DNA of 64,000 bases, taken from the NCBI RefSeq assembly GCF_009914755.1, contig NC_060946.1. The stretch is one strand, 5' to 3'. The translations under genes and the position numbers were made by a program. The notes beneath the pieces are model-generated. The model worked only from the letters and a program-made list of their open reading frames with translations, had not been told where the DNA came from and ran no database searches. This DNA is from the human T2T-CHM13v2.0 reference genome, Homo sapiens. Below are positions 14,901 through 29,189 of the stretch, in pieces (within the stretch, counting starts at the first letter, position 1; each line of letters starts with the position of its first letter).

Positions 14901-17210
14901 ATCACGAATGGAATGGAACGGAATGTAATGGGATGGGATGGAATGGAAGAGAATGGATGTTAATCAACACGAATGGAATGGAATGGAATGGAATAGAATG
15001 GAATGGAATGGAATGGATCGGAATGGAATCCAATGGAATCAACTGGAATGGAATGCAATGTAATGGAATGGAATGGAATGGAATGGAATGGAATGCAATC
15101 GAATGGAATGGAATGGAATAAATCCGGGTGGAGTGGAATGGAATGTAATGGAGTGGAATGTAATGGAATGTAGTGGAATGGAATGGAATGGAATGGAATG
15201 GAATGAAATCTATTGGATCAGAATGGAATCCAATGGAATCAACTGGAATGGAATGGAATTGAATGGAATGGAATGGAATGAAAAGGAAAGGAACAAAATG
15301 GAATCAACAAGAGTGGAATGGAATGGAACGGAATGGAATTAACCCGAGTGGAATGAAATGGAATGTACTGAAATGGGATGGAGTGGAATCAACCCCAGTG
15401 GAATGTAATGTAATGGAATGGAATGGAATGGAATGGAATGAAATGGAATGGATCGGAATGGAATCCAATGGAATCAACTGGAATGAAATGGAATGGAATG
15501 GAAAGGAATGGAATGGAATGGAATAAATCCGGGTGGAGTGGAATGGAATGTAATGGAGTGGAATGTAATGGAATTTAGTGGAATGGAATGGAATCGAATG
15601 GAATGAAATGGAATGGAATGGAATGGAATGGAATCGAATGGAATGAAATGGAATGGAATGGAATGGAATAAATCCGGGTGGAGTGGAATGGAATGTAATG
15701 GAATGGAATGTAATGGAATTTTGTGGAATGGAATGGAATGGAATGGAATGGAATGGAATCAACCCGAATGGAATGGAATGGAATGGAATGGAAAGGAATG
15801 GAATGGAATGGAATGGAATGGAATGGAATGGAATGGAATGGAATCAACCCGAATGGGATGGCATGGAATGGAATTGAATGGAATGGAATGGGATGGAATG
15901 GAATGGAGTGGAATCAACCCAAGTGCAATGGAATAGAATGGAATGCAATGGAATCCACCCGAGTGGAATGGAATGGAATGGAATGGAATGGAATGGAATG
16001 GAATGGAATGGAATGGAATGCAATGGAATGGAATGGAATCGAAAGGAATAGAATGGAGTGGAATGGAACGGAATGGAGTGGAATGCAATAAACACCAGGG
16101 GAATGAAATGGATTGGAATGAAATAGAATGGAATGGAATGGAATGGAATGGAATGAAATCAACCCGAGTTGAATAGAACGGAATGGAATGGAATGGAAAG
16201 GAATGAATGGAATGGAATGGTTCGGAATCAACACGAGAGGAATGGAATGGAATGGAACGGAACGGAATGGAAAGGAATGGAATGGAATGAACCCGAATGG
16301 AATGGAATGGATTGGAATGGAATGGAATGGAATCAACCTGAGCGGAAAGGAATGGAATGGAATGGAGTGGAATGGAATGTAACGGAATGGAATGGAATGG
16401 AATGGAATCAACATGAATGGAATGGAACGGAATGGAATGGGATGGGATGGAATGGAATGGAATGGAAGTTAGTCAACACGAATGGAATGGAATGGAATGG
16501 AATGGAATGGAATGAAAAGGAAAGGAACAGAATTGAATCAACACGAGTGGAATGGAATGGAACGGAATGGAATCAACCCGAGTGGAATGAAATGGAATGT
16601 AATGCAATGGGATGGAGTGGAATCAACCCGAGTGGAATGGAATGGAATGGAATGGAATGGAATGGAATGAAATGGAAAGGATTGGAATGGAATCCAATGG
16701 AATTAACTGGAATGGAATGGAATGGAATGGAATGGAATGGAATGGAATGGAATGGAATGAAATGGATTGGATCGGAATGGAATCCAATGGAATCAACTGG
16801 AATGGATTGGAATGGAATGAAATGGAATGGAATGGAATGGAATAAATAAGGGTGGATTGGAATGGAATGTAATGGAGTGGAATGGAATGTAATTCAGTGG
16901 AATGGAAAGGAATGGAATGGAATGGAATGGAATGGAATGGAATGGAATGGAATCAAACCGAATGGAATGGAACGGAATGGAATGGAAAGGAATGGAATGG
17001 AATGGAATGGAATGGAATGGAATGGAATGGAATCAACCCAAGTGCAATGGAATGGAATGGAATGGAATGGAATGGAATGGAGTGGAATGGAACGGAATGA
17101 AGTGGAATGGAATAAACACCAGGGGAATGAAATGGATTGGAATGAAATGGAATGGAATGGAATGGAATGAAATGAAATCAACCCGAGTGGAATGGAAAGG
17201 AATGGAATGG

Positions 17211-17328
17211 AAAGGAAGGGATTGAATGGAATGGAATGGTGTGGAATCAAAAAGAGAGGAATGGAATGGAAAGGAAGGGATTGAATGGAATGGAATGGTG
17301 TGGAATCAAAAAGAGAGGAATGGAATGG
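17211..17328 (+). repeat. 59-bp tandem duplication
   Basis: AAAGGAAGGGATTGAATGGAATGGAATGGTGTGGAATCAAAAAGAGAGGAATGGAATGG occurs at 17211 and again at 17270. Confidence 0.85.
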
Positions 17329-18489
17329 AGTGGAATGGAACGGAATGGAAAGGAATGGAATGGAATGAACCCGAATGGAATGGAATGGAATGGAATGGAA
17401 TGGAATGGAATGGAATGGAATGGAAACAACCCGAGCTTAAAGGAATGGAATTGAATGGAGTGGAAAGGAATGTAATGGAATGGAATGAAATGGAATGGAA
17501 TCAACACGAATGGAATGGAACGGAATGGAATGGGATGGGATGGAATAGAATGGAATGAAATGGATTGGATCGGAATGGAATCCAATGGAATCAACTGGAA
17601 TGGAATGGAAATGAATGGAATGGAATAAATCCGGGTGGAGTGGAATGGAATGTAATGGAGTGGAATGGAATGGAATTTAATGGAATGGAATGGAATGGAA
17701 TGGAAAGGAATCAACCTGAAAGGAATGGAACGGAATGGAATGGAATGGAATGGAATCAACCCAAGTGCAATGGAATGGAATGGAATTCAATGGAATCCAC
17801 CCGAGTGGAATGCAAGAGAATGGAATGGAATGGAATGCAATGGAATGGAATGGCATGGAGTGGAATGGAACAGAATGGAGTGGAATGGAATAAACACCAG
17901 GGGAATGAATGGGTTGGAATGAAATGGAATGGAAGGGAATGGAATGGAATGGAATGAAATCAACCCGAGTGGAATGGAACGGAATGGAATGGAATGGACA
18001 GTAATGAATGGAATGGAATGGTATGGTGTGGAATGAACACGAGAGGAATGGAATGGAATGGAATGGAATGAACCCGAATGGAATGGAATGGATTGGAATG
18101 GAATGGAATGGAATCAACATGAGCGGAAAGGAATGGAATGGAATGGAGTGGAATGGAATGTAATGTAATGGAATGGAATGGAATGGAAGGGAATCAACAC
18201 GAATGGAATGGAATGGAATGGAATGGGATGGGATGGAATGGATTGGAAGTTAATCAACACGAATGGAATGGAACGGAATGGAAAAGAATGGAATGGAATG
18301 GAATGGAATGGAATGGAATGGAATTGAATGGAATGAAATGGAAAGGAACGGAATGGAATCAACATGAGTGCAATGGAATGGAACGGAATGGAATCAAAAA
18401 GAGTGGAATGAAATGGAATGTAATGCAATGGGATGGAGTGGAATCAACACGAGTGGAATGGAATGGAATGGAATGGAATGGAATGGAAT

Positions 18490-19690
18490 GGAATGGAATG
18501 GAAAGGATTGAATGGAATGGAATGGTGTGGAATCAAAAAGAGAGGAATGGAATGGAATGGAACGGAACGGAATGGAAAGGAATGGAATGGAATGAACCCG
18601 AGTGGAATGGAATGGATTGGAATGGAATGGAATCGAAACAACCCGAGCTTAAAGGAATGGAATTGAATGGAGTGGAATGGAATGGAATGGAATGGAATGG
18701 AATGGAATCAACACGAATGGAATGGAACGGACTGAAATGGGATGGGATGGAATGGAATGGAATGAAATGGATTGGATCGGAATGGAATCCAATGGAATCA
18801 ACTCGAATGGAATGGAAATGAATGGAATGGAATAAATCCGGGTGGAGTGGAATGGAATGTAACGGAGTGGTATGGAATGGAATTTAGTGGAATGGAATGG
18901 AATGGAATGGAATGGAATGGAATGGAATGGAATCAACCCGAAAGGAATGGAACGGAATGGAATGGAATGGAATGGAAAGGAATGGAATCAACCCAAGTGC
19001 AATGGAATGGAATGGAATGCAATGGAATACACCCGAGTGGAATGCAAGAGAATGGAATGGAATGGAATGGAATGGAATGGAATGGAATGGAATGGAATGG
19101 AAAGGATTGAATGGAATGGAATGGTGTGGAATCAAAAAGAGAGGAATGGAATGGAATGGAACGGAACGGAATGGAAAGGAATGGAATGGAATGAACCCGA
19201 GTGGAATGGAATGGATTGGAATGGAATGGAATCGAAACAACCCGAGCTTAAAGGAATGGAATTGAATGGAGTGGAATGGAATGGAATGGAATGGAATGGA
19301 ATGGAATCAACACGAATGGAATGGAACGGACTGAAATGGGATGGGATGGAATGGAATGGAATGAAATGGATTGGATCGGAATGGAATCCAATGGAATCAA
19401 CTCGAATGGAATGGAAATGAATGGAATGGAATAAATCCGGGTGGAGTGGAATGGAATGTAACGGAGTGGTATGGAATGGAATTTAGTGGAATGGAATGGA
19501 ATGGAATGGAATGGAATGGAATGGAATCAACCCGAAAGGAATGGAACGGAATGGAATGGAATGGAATGGAAAGGAATGGAATCAACCCAAGTGCAATGGA
19601 ATGGAATGGAATGCAATGGAATACACCCGAGTGGAATGCAAGAGAATGGAATGGAATGGAATGGAATGGAATGGAATGGAATGGAGTGGA
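18490..19690 (+). repeat. Near-perfect 599-bp tandem duplication
   Basis: Private variants repeated at offset 599: ATCGAAACAACCCGAGCTTAAAGG (18632/19231), AACTCGAATGG (18800/19399) and ACGGAGTGGTATGG (18862/19461). AATACACCCGAG recurs at 19026/19620 (offset 594, one pentamer less). ORF starts at 18772 and 19371. Confidence 0.9.
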
Positions 19691-22600
19691 ATGGAACAGA
19701 ATGGAGTGGAATGGAATAAACACCAGGGGAATGAAATGGGTTGGAATGAAATGGAATGGAAGGGAATGGAATGGAATGGAATGAAATCAACCCGAGTGGA
19801 ATGGAACGGAATAGAATGGAATGGAAAGGAATGAATGGAATGGAATGGTGTGGAATGAACACGAGAGGAATGGAATGGAATGGAATGAACCCGAATGGAA
19901 TGGAATGGATTGGAATGGAATGGAATGGAATCAACATGAGCGGAAAGGAATGGAATGGAATGGAGTGGAATGGAATGTAATGTAAGGGAATGGAATGGAA
20001 TGGAATTGAATCAACACGAATGGAATGGAATGGAATGGAATGGGATGGGATGGAATGGAATGGAATGGAAGTTAATCAACACGAATGGAATGGAACGGAA
20101 TGGAAAGGAATGGAACGGAATGGAATGCAATGGAATGGAATGGAATGGAATTGAATGGAATGAAATGGAAAGGAACGGAATGGAATCAACATGAGTGGAA
20201 TGGAATGGAACGGAATGGAATCAACCCGAGTGGAATGAAATGGAATGTAATGCAATGGGATGGAGTGGAATCAACACGAGTGGAATGGAATGTAATGGAA
20301 TGGAATGGAATGGAATGGAATGGAATGGAATGGAATGAAATGGAATGGATCGGAATGGAATCCAATGGAATCAACTGGAATGGAATGGAATGGAATGGAA
20401 TAAATCCGGGTGGAGTGGAATGGAATGTAATGGAGTGGAATGGAATGGAATTTAGTGGTGTGGAATGGAATTGAATGGAATGGGATGGGATGGGATGGAA
20501 TGGAATGGAATGGAAATTAATCAACACGAATGGAACGGAATGGAATGGAATGGAATGGAATGGAATGGAATGGAATGGAATGGAATGGAATCAACACGAA
20601 TGACATGGCATAGAATGGAATGGAATGGAATGGAATGGAATGGAATCAACCCGAATGGAATGGAACGGAATGGAATGGGATGGGATGGAATGGAATGGAA
20701 TGCAAGTTAATCAACACGAATGGAATGGAACGGAATGGAATGGAATGAAAAGGAAAGGAACATAATGGCATCAACACGAGTGGAATGGAATGGAACGGAA
20801 TGGAATCAACCCGAGTGGAATGAAATGGAATGTAATGCAATGGGATGGAGTGGAATCAACCCGACTGGAATGGAATGGAATGGAATGGAATGGAATGGAA
20901 TGGAATGGAATGGATCGGAATGGAATCCAATGGAATCAACTGGAATGGAATGGAATGGAATGGAATGCAATGGAATGGAATGGAATGGAATAAATAAGGG
21001 TGGAGTGGAATGGAATGTAATGGAGTGGAATGGAATGTAATTCAGTGGAATGGAATGAAATGGAATGGAATGGAATGGAATCAAACCGAATGGAAAGGAA
21101 CGGAATGGAATGGAAAGGAATGGAATGGAATGGAATGGAATGGAATGGAATCAACCCAAGTGCATTGGAATGGAATGGAATGGAATGGAATGGAATGGAA
21201 TGGAGTGGAATGGAACGGAATGAAGTGGAATGGAATAAACACCAGGGGAATGAAATGGATTGGAATGAAATGGAATGGAATGGAATGGAATTAAATGAAA
21301 TCAACCCGAGTGGAATGGAACGGAATGGAATGGAAAGGAAAGGATTGAATGGAATGGAATGGTGTGGAATCAAAAAGAGAGGAATGGAATGGAATGGAAC
21401 GGAACGGAATGGAAAGGAATGGAATGGAATGAACACGAATGGAATGGAATGGAATGGAATGGAAACAACCCGAGCTTAAAGGAATGGAATTGAATGGAGT
21501 GGAATGGAATGTAATGGAATGGAATGGAATGGAATGGAATCAACACGAATGGAATGGAACGGAATGGAATGGGATGGGATGGAATGGAATGGAATGAAAT
21601 GGATTGGATCGGAATGGAATCCAATGGAATCAACTGGAATGGAATGGAAATGAATGGAATGGAATAAATCCGGGTGGAGTGGAATGGAATGGAATGGAGT
21701 GGAATGGAATGGAATTTATTGGAATGGAATGGAATGGAATGGAATGGAATGGAAAGGAATCAACCTGAAAGGAATGGAACGGAATGGAATGGAATGGAAT
21801 GGAATCAACCCAAGTGCAATGGAATGGAATGGAATTCAATGGAATCCACCCGAGTGGAATGCAACGGAATGGAATGGAATGGAATGGAATGGAATGGAAT
21901 GGAATGGAATGGAATGGAGTGGAATGGAACAGAATGGAGTGGAATGGAATAAACACCAGGGGAATGAAATGGGTTGGAATGAAATGGAATGGAAGGGAAT
22001 GGAATGGAATGGAATGAAATCAACCCGAGTGGAATGGAACGGAATGGAATGGAATGGACAGTAATGAATGGAATGGAATGGTATGGTGTGGAATCAACAC
22101 GAGAGGAATGGAATGGAATGGAATGGAATGAACCCGAATGGAATGGAATGGATTGGAATGGAATGGAATGGAATCAACATGAGCGGAAAGGAATGGAATG
22201 GAATGGAGTGGAATGGAATGTAATGGAATAGAATGGAATGGAATGGAATGGAATCAACACGAATGGAATGGAATGGAACGGAATGGGATTGGATGGAATG
22301 GATTGGAAGTTAATCAACACGAATGGAATGGAACGGAATGGAAAAGAATGGAATGGAATGGAATGGAATGGAATGGAATGGAATTGAATGGAATGAAATG
22401 GAAAGGAACGGAATGGAATCAACATGAGTGCAATGGAATGGAACGGAATGGAATAAAAAAGAGTGGAATGAAATGGAATGTAATGCAATGGGATGGAGTG
22501 GAATCAACACGAGTGGAATGGAATGGAATGGAATGGAATGGAATGGAAGGGAAAGGATTGAATGGAATGGAATGGTGTGGAATCAAAAAGAGAGGAATGG

Positions 22601-25600
22601 AATGGAATGGAACGGAACGGAATGGAAAGGAATGGAATGGAATGAACCCGAGTGGAATGGAATGGATTGGAATGGAATGGAATGGAAACAACCCGAGCTT
22701 AAAGGAATGGAATTGAATGGAGTGGAATGGAATGGAATGGAATGGAATGGAATGGAATGGAATTTAATCAACACGAATGGAATGGAACGGACTGAAATGG
22801 GATGGGATGGAATGGAATGGAATGAAATGGATTGGATGGGAATGGAATCCAATGTAATCAACTGGAATGGAATGGAAATGAATGGAATGGAATAAATCCG
22901 GGTGGAGTGGAATGGAATGTAACGGAGTGGAATGGAATGGAATTTAGTGGAATGGAATGGAATGGAATGGAATGGAATGGAATGGAATGGAATGGAATCA
23001 ACCCGAAAGGAATGGAACGGAATGGAATGGAACGGAATGGAAAGGAATGGAATCAACCCAAGTGCAATGGAATGGAATGGAATTCAATGGAATCCACCCG
23101 AGTGGAATGCAACGGAATGGAATGGAATGGAATGGAATGGAATGGAATGGAGTGGAATGGAACAGAATGGAGTGGAATGGAATAAACACCAGGGGAATGA
23201 AATGGGTTGGAATGAAATGGAATGGAAGGGAATGGAATGGAATGGAATGAAATCAACCCGAGTGGAATGGAACGGAATAGAATGGAATGGAAAGGAATGA
23301 ATGGAATGGAATGGTGTGGAATGAACACGAGAGGAATGGAATGGAATGGAATGGAATGAACCCGAATGGAATGGAATGGATTGGAATGGAATGGAATGGA
23401 ATCAACCTGAGCGGAAAGGAATGGAATGGAATGGAGTGGAATGGAATGTAATGGAATGGAATGGAATGGAATGGAATTGAATCAACACGAATGGAATGGA
23501 ATGGAATGGAATGGGATGGGATGGAATGGAATGGAATGGAAGTTAATCAACACGAATGGAATGGAACGGAATGGAAAGGAATGGAACGGAATGGAATGCA
23601 ATGGAATGGAATGGAATGGAATTGAATGGAATGAAATGGAAAGGAACGGAATGGAATCAACATGAGTGGAATGGAATGGAACGGAATGGAATCAACCCGA
23701 GTGGAATGAAATGGAATGTAATGCAATGGGATGGAGTGGAATCAACACGAGTGGAATGGAATGTAATGGAATGGAATGGAATGGAATGGAATGGAATGAA
23801 ATGGAATGGATCGGAATGGAATCCAATGGAATCAACTGGAATGGAATGGAATGGAATGGAATAAATCCGGGTGGAGTGGAATGGAATGTAATGGAGTGGA
23901 ATGGAATGGAATTTAGTGGTGTGGAATGGAATGGAATGGAATGGGATGGGATGGGATGGAATGGAATGGAATGGAAATTAATCAACACGAATGGAATGGA
24001 ATGGAATGGAATGGAATGGAATGGAATGGAATCAACACGAATGACATGGCATAGAATGGAATGGAATGGAATGGAATGGAATGGAATGGAATGGAATCAA
24101 CCCGAATGGAATGGAACGGAATGGAATGGGATGGGATGGAATGGAATGGAATGCAAGTTAATCAACACGAATGGAATGGAACGGAATGCAATGGAATGAA
24201 AAGGAAAGGAACATAATGGCATCAACACGAGTGGAATGGAATGGAACGGAATGGAATCAACCCGAGTGGAATGAAATGGAGTGTAATGCAATGGGATGGA
24301 GTGGAATCAACCCGAGTGGAATGGAATGGAATGGAATGGAATGGAATGGAATGGAATGGAATGGATCGGAATGGAATATAATGGAATCAACTGGAATGGA
24401 ATGGAATGGAATGGAATGCAATGGAATGGAATGGAATGGAATAAATAAGGGTGGAGTGGAATGGAATGTAATGGAGTGGAATGTAATGGAATTTAGTGGA
24501 ATGGAATGGAATGGAATGGAATGGAATGGAATGAAATCTATTGGATCGGAATGGAATCCAATGGAATCAACTGGAATGGAATGGAATGGAATGGAGTGGA
24601 ACGGAATAAATCCGGTTGGAGTGGAATGGAATGGAATAGAGTGGAATGGAATGGAATTTAGAGGAATGGAATGGAATGGAATGGAATGGAATGGAATCAA
24701 CCCGAATGGAATGGAACGGAATGGAATGGAATGGAATGGGATGGAATAAATAAGGGTGGAGTGGAATGGAATGTAATGGAGTGGAATGTAATGGAATTTA
24801 GTGGAATGGAATGGAATGGAATGGAATGGAATGAAATCTATTAGATCGGAATGGAATCCAATGGAATCAACTGGAATGGAATGGAATGGAATGGAACGGA
24901 ATAAATCCGGTTGGAGTGGAATGGAATGTAATAGAGTGGAATGGAATGGAATTTAGAGGAATGGAATGGAATGGAATGGAATGGAATGGAATGGAATGGA
25001 ATCAACCCGAATGGAATGGAACGGAATGGAATGGAATGGAATGGGATGGAATGGAATGGAATGGAATGGAATGGAATCAACACGAATGGCATGGCATAGA
25101 ATGGAATGGAATGGAATGGAATGAAATGGAATGGAATGGAATGGAATGGGATGGAATCAACCCAAGTGCAATGGAATGGAATGGAATGCAATGGAATCCA
25201 CCCGAGTGGAATGGAATGGAATGAAATGAAATGGAATGGAATGGAGTGGAATGGAACGGAATGGAGTGGAATGGAATAAACACCAGGGGAATGAAATGGA
25301 TTGGAATGAAATGGAATGGAATGGAATGGAATGAAATCAACCCGAGTGTAATGGAGCGGAATGGAATGGAATGGAAAGGAATGAATGTAATGGAATGGTG
25401 TGGAATCAACACGAGAGGAATGGAATGGAATGGAATGGAAAGGAACGGAATGGAAAGGAGTGGAATGGAATGAACCCGAATGGAATGGAATGGATTGGAA
25501 TGGAATGGAATGGAATCAACCTGAGCGGAAAGGAATGGAATAGAATGGAGTGGAATGGAATGTAACGGAATTGAATGGAATGGAATGGAATCAACACGAA

Positions 25601-25689
25601 TGGAATGGAAAGGAATGGAATGGGATGGGATGGAATGGAAGAGAATGGATGTTAATCAACACGAATGGAATGGAATGGAATGGAATGGA

Positions 25690-28150
25690 ATGGAATGGAT
25701 CGGAAAGGAATCCAATGGAATCAACTGGAATGGAATGGAATGGAATGGAATGGAATGGAATGGAATGGAATGGAATGGAATGGAGTGGAATGCAATGGAA
25801 TGCAATGGAATGGAATAAATCCGGGTGGAGTGGAATGGAATGTAATGGAGTGGAATGTAATGGAATTTAGTGGAATGGAATGGAATGGAATGGAATGGAA
25901 TGGAATGGAATGAAATCTATTGGATCAGAATGGAATCCAATGGAATCAACTGGAATGGAATGGAATGGAATGGAATGGAATGGAATGGAATGAAAAGGAA
26001 AGGAACAAAATGGAATCAACACGAGTGGAATGGAATGGAACGGAATGGAATTAACCCGAGTGGAATGAAATGGAATGTAATGCAATGGGATGGAGTGGAA
26101 TCAACCCCAGTGGAATGGAATGGAATGGAATGGAATGGAATGGAATGGAATGGAATGGAACGAAATGGAATGTATCGGAATGGAATCCAATGGAATCAAC
26201 TGGAATGAAATGGAATGGAATGGAAAGGAATGGAATGGAATGGAATAAATCCGGGTGGAGTGGAATGGAATGTAATGGAGTGGAATGTAATGGAATTTAG
26301 TGGAATGGAATGGAATGGAATGGAATGAAATGAATTGGATCGGAAAGGAATCCAATGGAATCAACTGGAATGCAATGGAACGGAATGGAATGGAATGGAA
26401 TGGAATGGAATGGAATAAATCCGGGTGGAGTGGAATGGAATGTAATGGAGTGGAATGTAATGGAATTTACTGGAATGGAATGGAATGGAATGGAATGGAA
26501 TGAAATCTATTGGATCAGAATGGAATCCAATGGAATCAACTGGAACGGAATGGAATGGAATGGAATGGAATGAAAAGGAAAGGAACAAAATGGAATCAAC
26601 ACGAGTGGAATGGAATGGAACGGAATGGAATTAACCCGAGTGGAATGAAATGGAATGTAATGTAATGGGATGGAGTGGAATCAACCCCAGTGGAATGGAA
26701 TGGAATGGAATGGAATGGAATGGAATGGAACGGAATGGAATGGAATGGAATGAAATGGAATGGATCGGAATGGAATCCAATGGAATCAACTGGAATGAAA
26801 TGGAATGGAATGGAAAGGAATGGAATGGAATGAAATGGATTGGATCGGAAAGGAATTCAATGGAATCAAATGGAATGCAATAGAATGGAATGGAATGGAA
26901 TGGAATGGAATGGAATGGAATAAATCCGGGTGGAGTGGAATGGAATGTAATGGAGTGGAATGTAATGGAATTTAGTGGAATGGAATGGAATGGAATGGAA
27001 CGGAATGAAATCTATTGGATTAGAATGGAATCCAATGGAATCAACTGGAATGGAATGGAATGGAATGGAACGGAATGGAATGAAAAGGAAAGGAACAAAA
27101 TGGAATCAACACGAGTGGAATGGAATGGAACGGAATGGAATTAACCTGAGTGGAATGAAATGGAATGTAATGCAATGGGATGGAGTGGAATCAACCCCAG
27201 TGGAATGGAACGGAATGGAATGGAATGGAATGGAATGAAAAGGAATGGATCGGAATGGAATCCAATGGAATCAACTGGAATGAAATGGAATGGAATGGAA
27301 AGGAATGGAATGGAATGGAATAAATCCGGGTGGAGTGGAATGGAATGTAATGGAGTGGAATGTAATGGAATTTAGTGGAATGGAATGGAATGGAATGGAA
27401 TGAAATGGATTGCATCAGAAAGGAATCCAATGGAATCAACTGGAATGGAATGGAATGGAATGGAACGGAATAAATCCGGGTGGAGTGGAATGGAATGTAA
27501 TGGAGTGGAATGTAATGGAATTTAGTGGAATGGAATGGAATGGAATGGAATGGAATGAAATCTATTGGATCAGAATGGAATCCAATGGAATCAACTGGAA
27601 TGGAATGGACTGGAATGGAACGGAATGAAAAGGAAAGGAACAAAATGGAATCAACACGAGTGGAATGGAATGGAACGGAATGGAATTAACCCGAGTGGAA
27701 TGAAATGGAATGTAATGCACTGGGATGGAGTGGAATCAACCCCAGTGGAATGGAATGGAATGGAATGGAATGGAATTGAATGGAATGGAATGGAACGGAA
27801 TGGAATGGAATGGAATGAAATGGAATGGATCGGAATGGAATCCAATGGAATCAACTGGAATGAAATGGAATGGAATGGAAAGGAATGGAATGGAATGGAA
27901 TAAATCCGGGTGGAGTGGAATGGAATGTAATGGAGTGGAATGTAATGGAATTTAGTGGAATGGAATGGAATCGAATGGAATGAAATGGAATGGAATGGAA
28001 TGGAATAAATCCGGGTGGAGTGGAATGGAATGTAATGGAGTGGAATGTAATGGAATTTAGTGGAATGGAATGGAATGGAATGGAAAGAAATGGATTGGAT
28101 TGGAAAGGAATCCAATGGAATCAAATGGAATGCAATAGAATGGAATGGAA
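25690..28150 (+). repeat. Local tandem amplification of a ~510-580 bp sub-module (about 4 copies) lacking the ACACCAGGGG landmark
   Basis: GGAACAAAA (within GAAAAGGAAAGGAACAAAA) lies at 26002, 26582, 27092 and 27637. Each is followed by ATTAACC(C/T)GAG, CAACCCCAG, ATCGG...CCAATGGAATCAACTGG and ATAAATCCGGG. Confidence 0.75.
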
Positions 28151-29189
28151 TGGAATGGAATGGAATGGAATGGAATGGAATGGAATGGAATCAACCCAAG
28201 TGCAATGGAATGGAATGGAATGCAATGGAATCCACCCGAGAGGAATGGAATGGAATGAAATGAAATGGAATGGAATGGAGTGGAATGGAACGGAATGGAG
28301 TGGAATGGAATAAACACCAGGGGAATGAAATGGATTGGAATGGAATGGAATGGAATGGAATGGAATGAAATCAACCCGAGTGTAATGGAGCGCAATGGAA
28401 TGGAATGGAAAGGAATGAATGGAATGGAATGGTGTGGAATCAACACGAGAGGAATGGAATGGAATGGAATGGAACGGAACGGAATGGAAAGGAGTGGAAT
28501 GGAATGAACCCGAATGGAATGGAATGGATTGGAATGGAATGGAATGGAATCAACCTGAGCGGAAAGGAATGGAATAGAATGGAGTGGAATGGAATGTAAC
28601 GGAATGGAATGGAATGGAATGCAATCAACACGAATGGAATGGAACGGAATGGAATGGGATGGGATGGAATGGAAGAGAATGGATGTTAATCAACACGAAT
28701 GGAATGGAATGGAATGGAATGGAATGGAATGGAATGGAATGGATCGGAATGGAATCCAATGGAATCAACTGGAATGGAATGGAATGGAATGGAATGGAAT
28801 GGAATGGAATGGAGTGGAGTGCAATGGAATGGAATGGAATGGAATAAATCCGGGTGGAGTGGAATGGAATGTAATGGAGTGGAATGTAATGGAATTTAGT
28901 GGAATGGAATGGAATGGAATGGAATGGAATGGAATGGAATGGAATGGAATGAAATCTATTGGATCAGAATGGAATCCAATGGAATCAACTGGAATGGAAT
29001 GGAATGGAATGGAATGGAATGAAAAGGAAAGGAACAAAATGGAATCAACACGAGTGGAATGGAATGGAACGGAATGGAATTAACCCGAGTGGAATGAAAT
29101 GGAATGTAATGCAATGGGATGGAGTGGAATCAACCCCAGTGGAATGGAATGGAATGGAATGGATTGGAATGGAATGGAATGGAACGGAA

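Larger units (their letters stand above)
16840..24480 (+). repeat. Tandem duplication, ~3.5 kb core unit (copy 1 ~16840-20990, lengthened by internal duplications; copy 2 ~20990-24480)
   Basis: Shared rare variants in the same order: ATAAATAAGGG (16842/20990/24441), GTAATTCAGTGG (16889/21037), CAACCTGAAAGG (17712/21761), GGACAGTAATG...GGTATGGTGTGG (17996/22056) and ACGGACTGAAATGGG (18727, 19326/22787). Near-identical ORF peptides at 19955 and 23426 (offset 3471). Confidence 0.8.

Noticed and set aside
16840-24480. Assignment to DYZ1 (3.56-kb period) or D15Z1 (1.8-kb period)
   Set aside because: The ~3.5-kb unit occurs only twice and is not array-wide. I saw no periodic GGCC or GGTACC sites, and GAATTC sites (17783, 21832, 23080, 26853, 30796) are aperiodic. 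Subfamily assignment needs a k-mer comparison.
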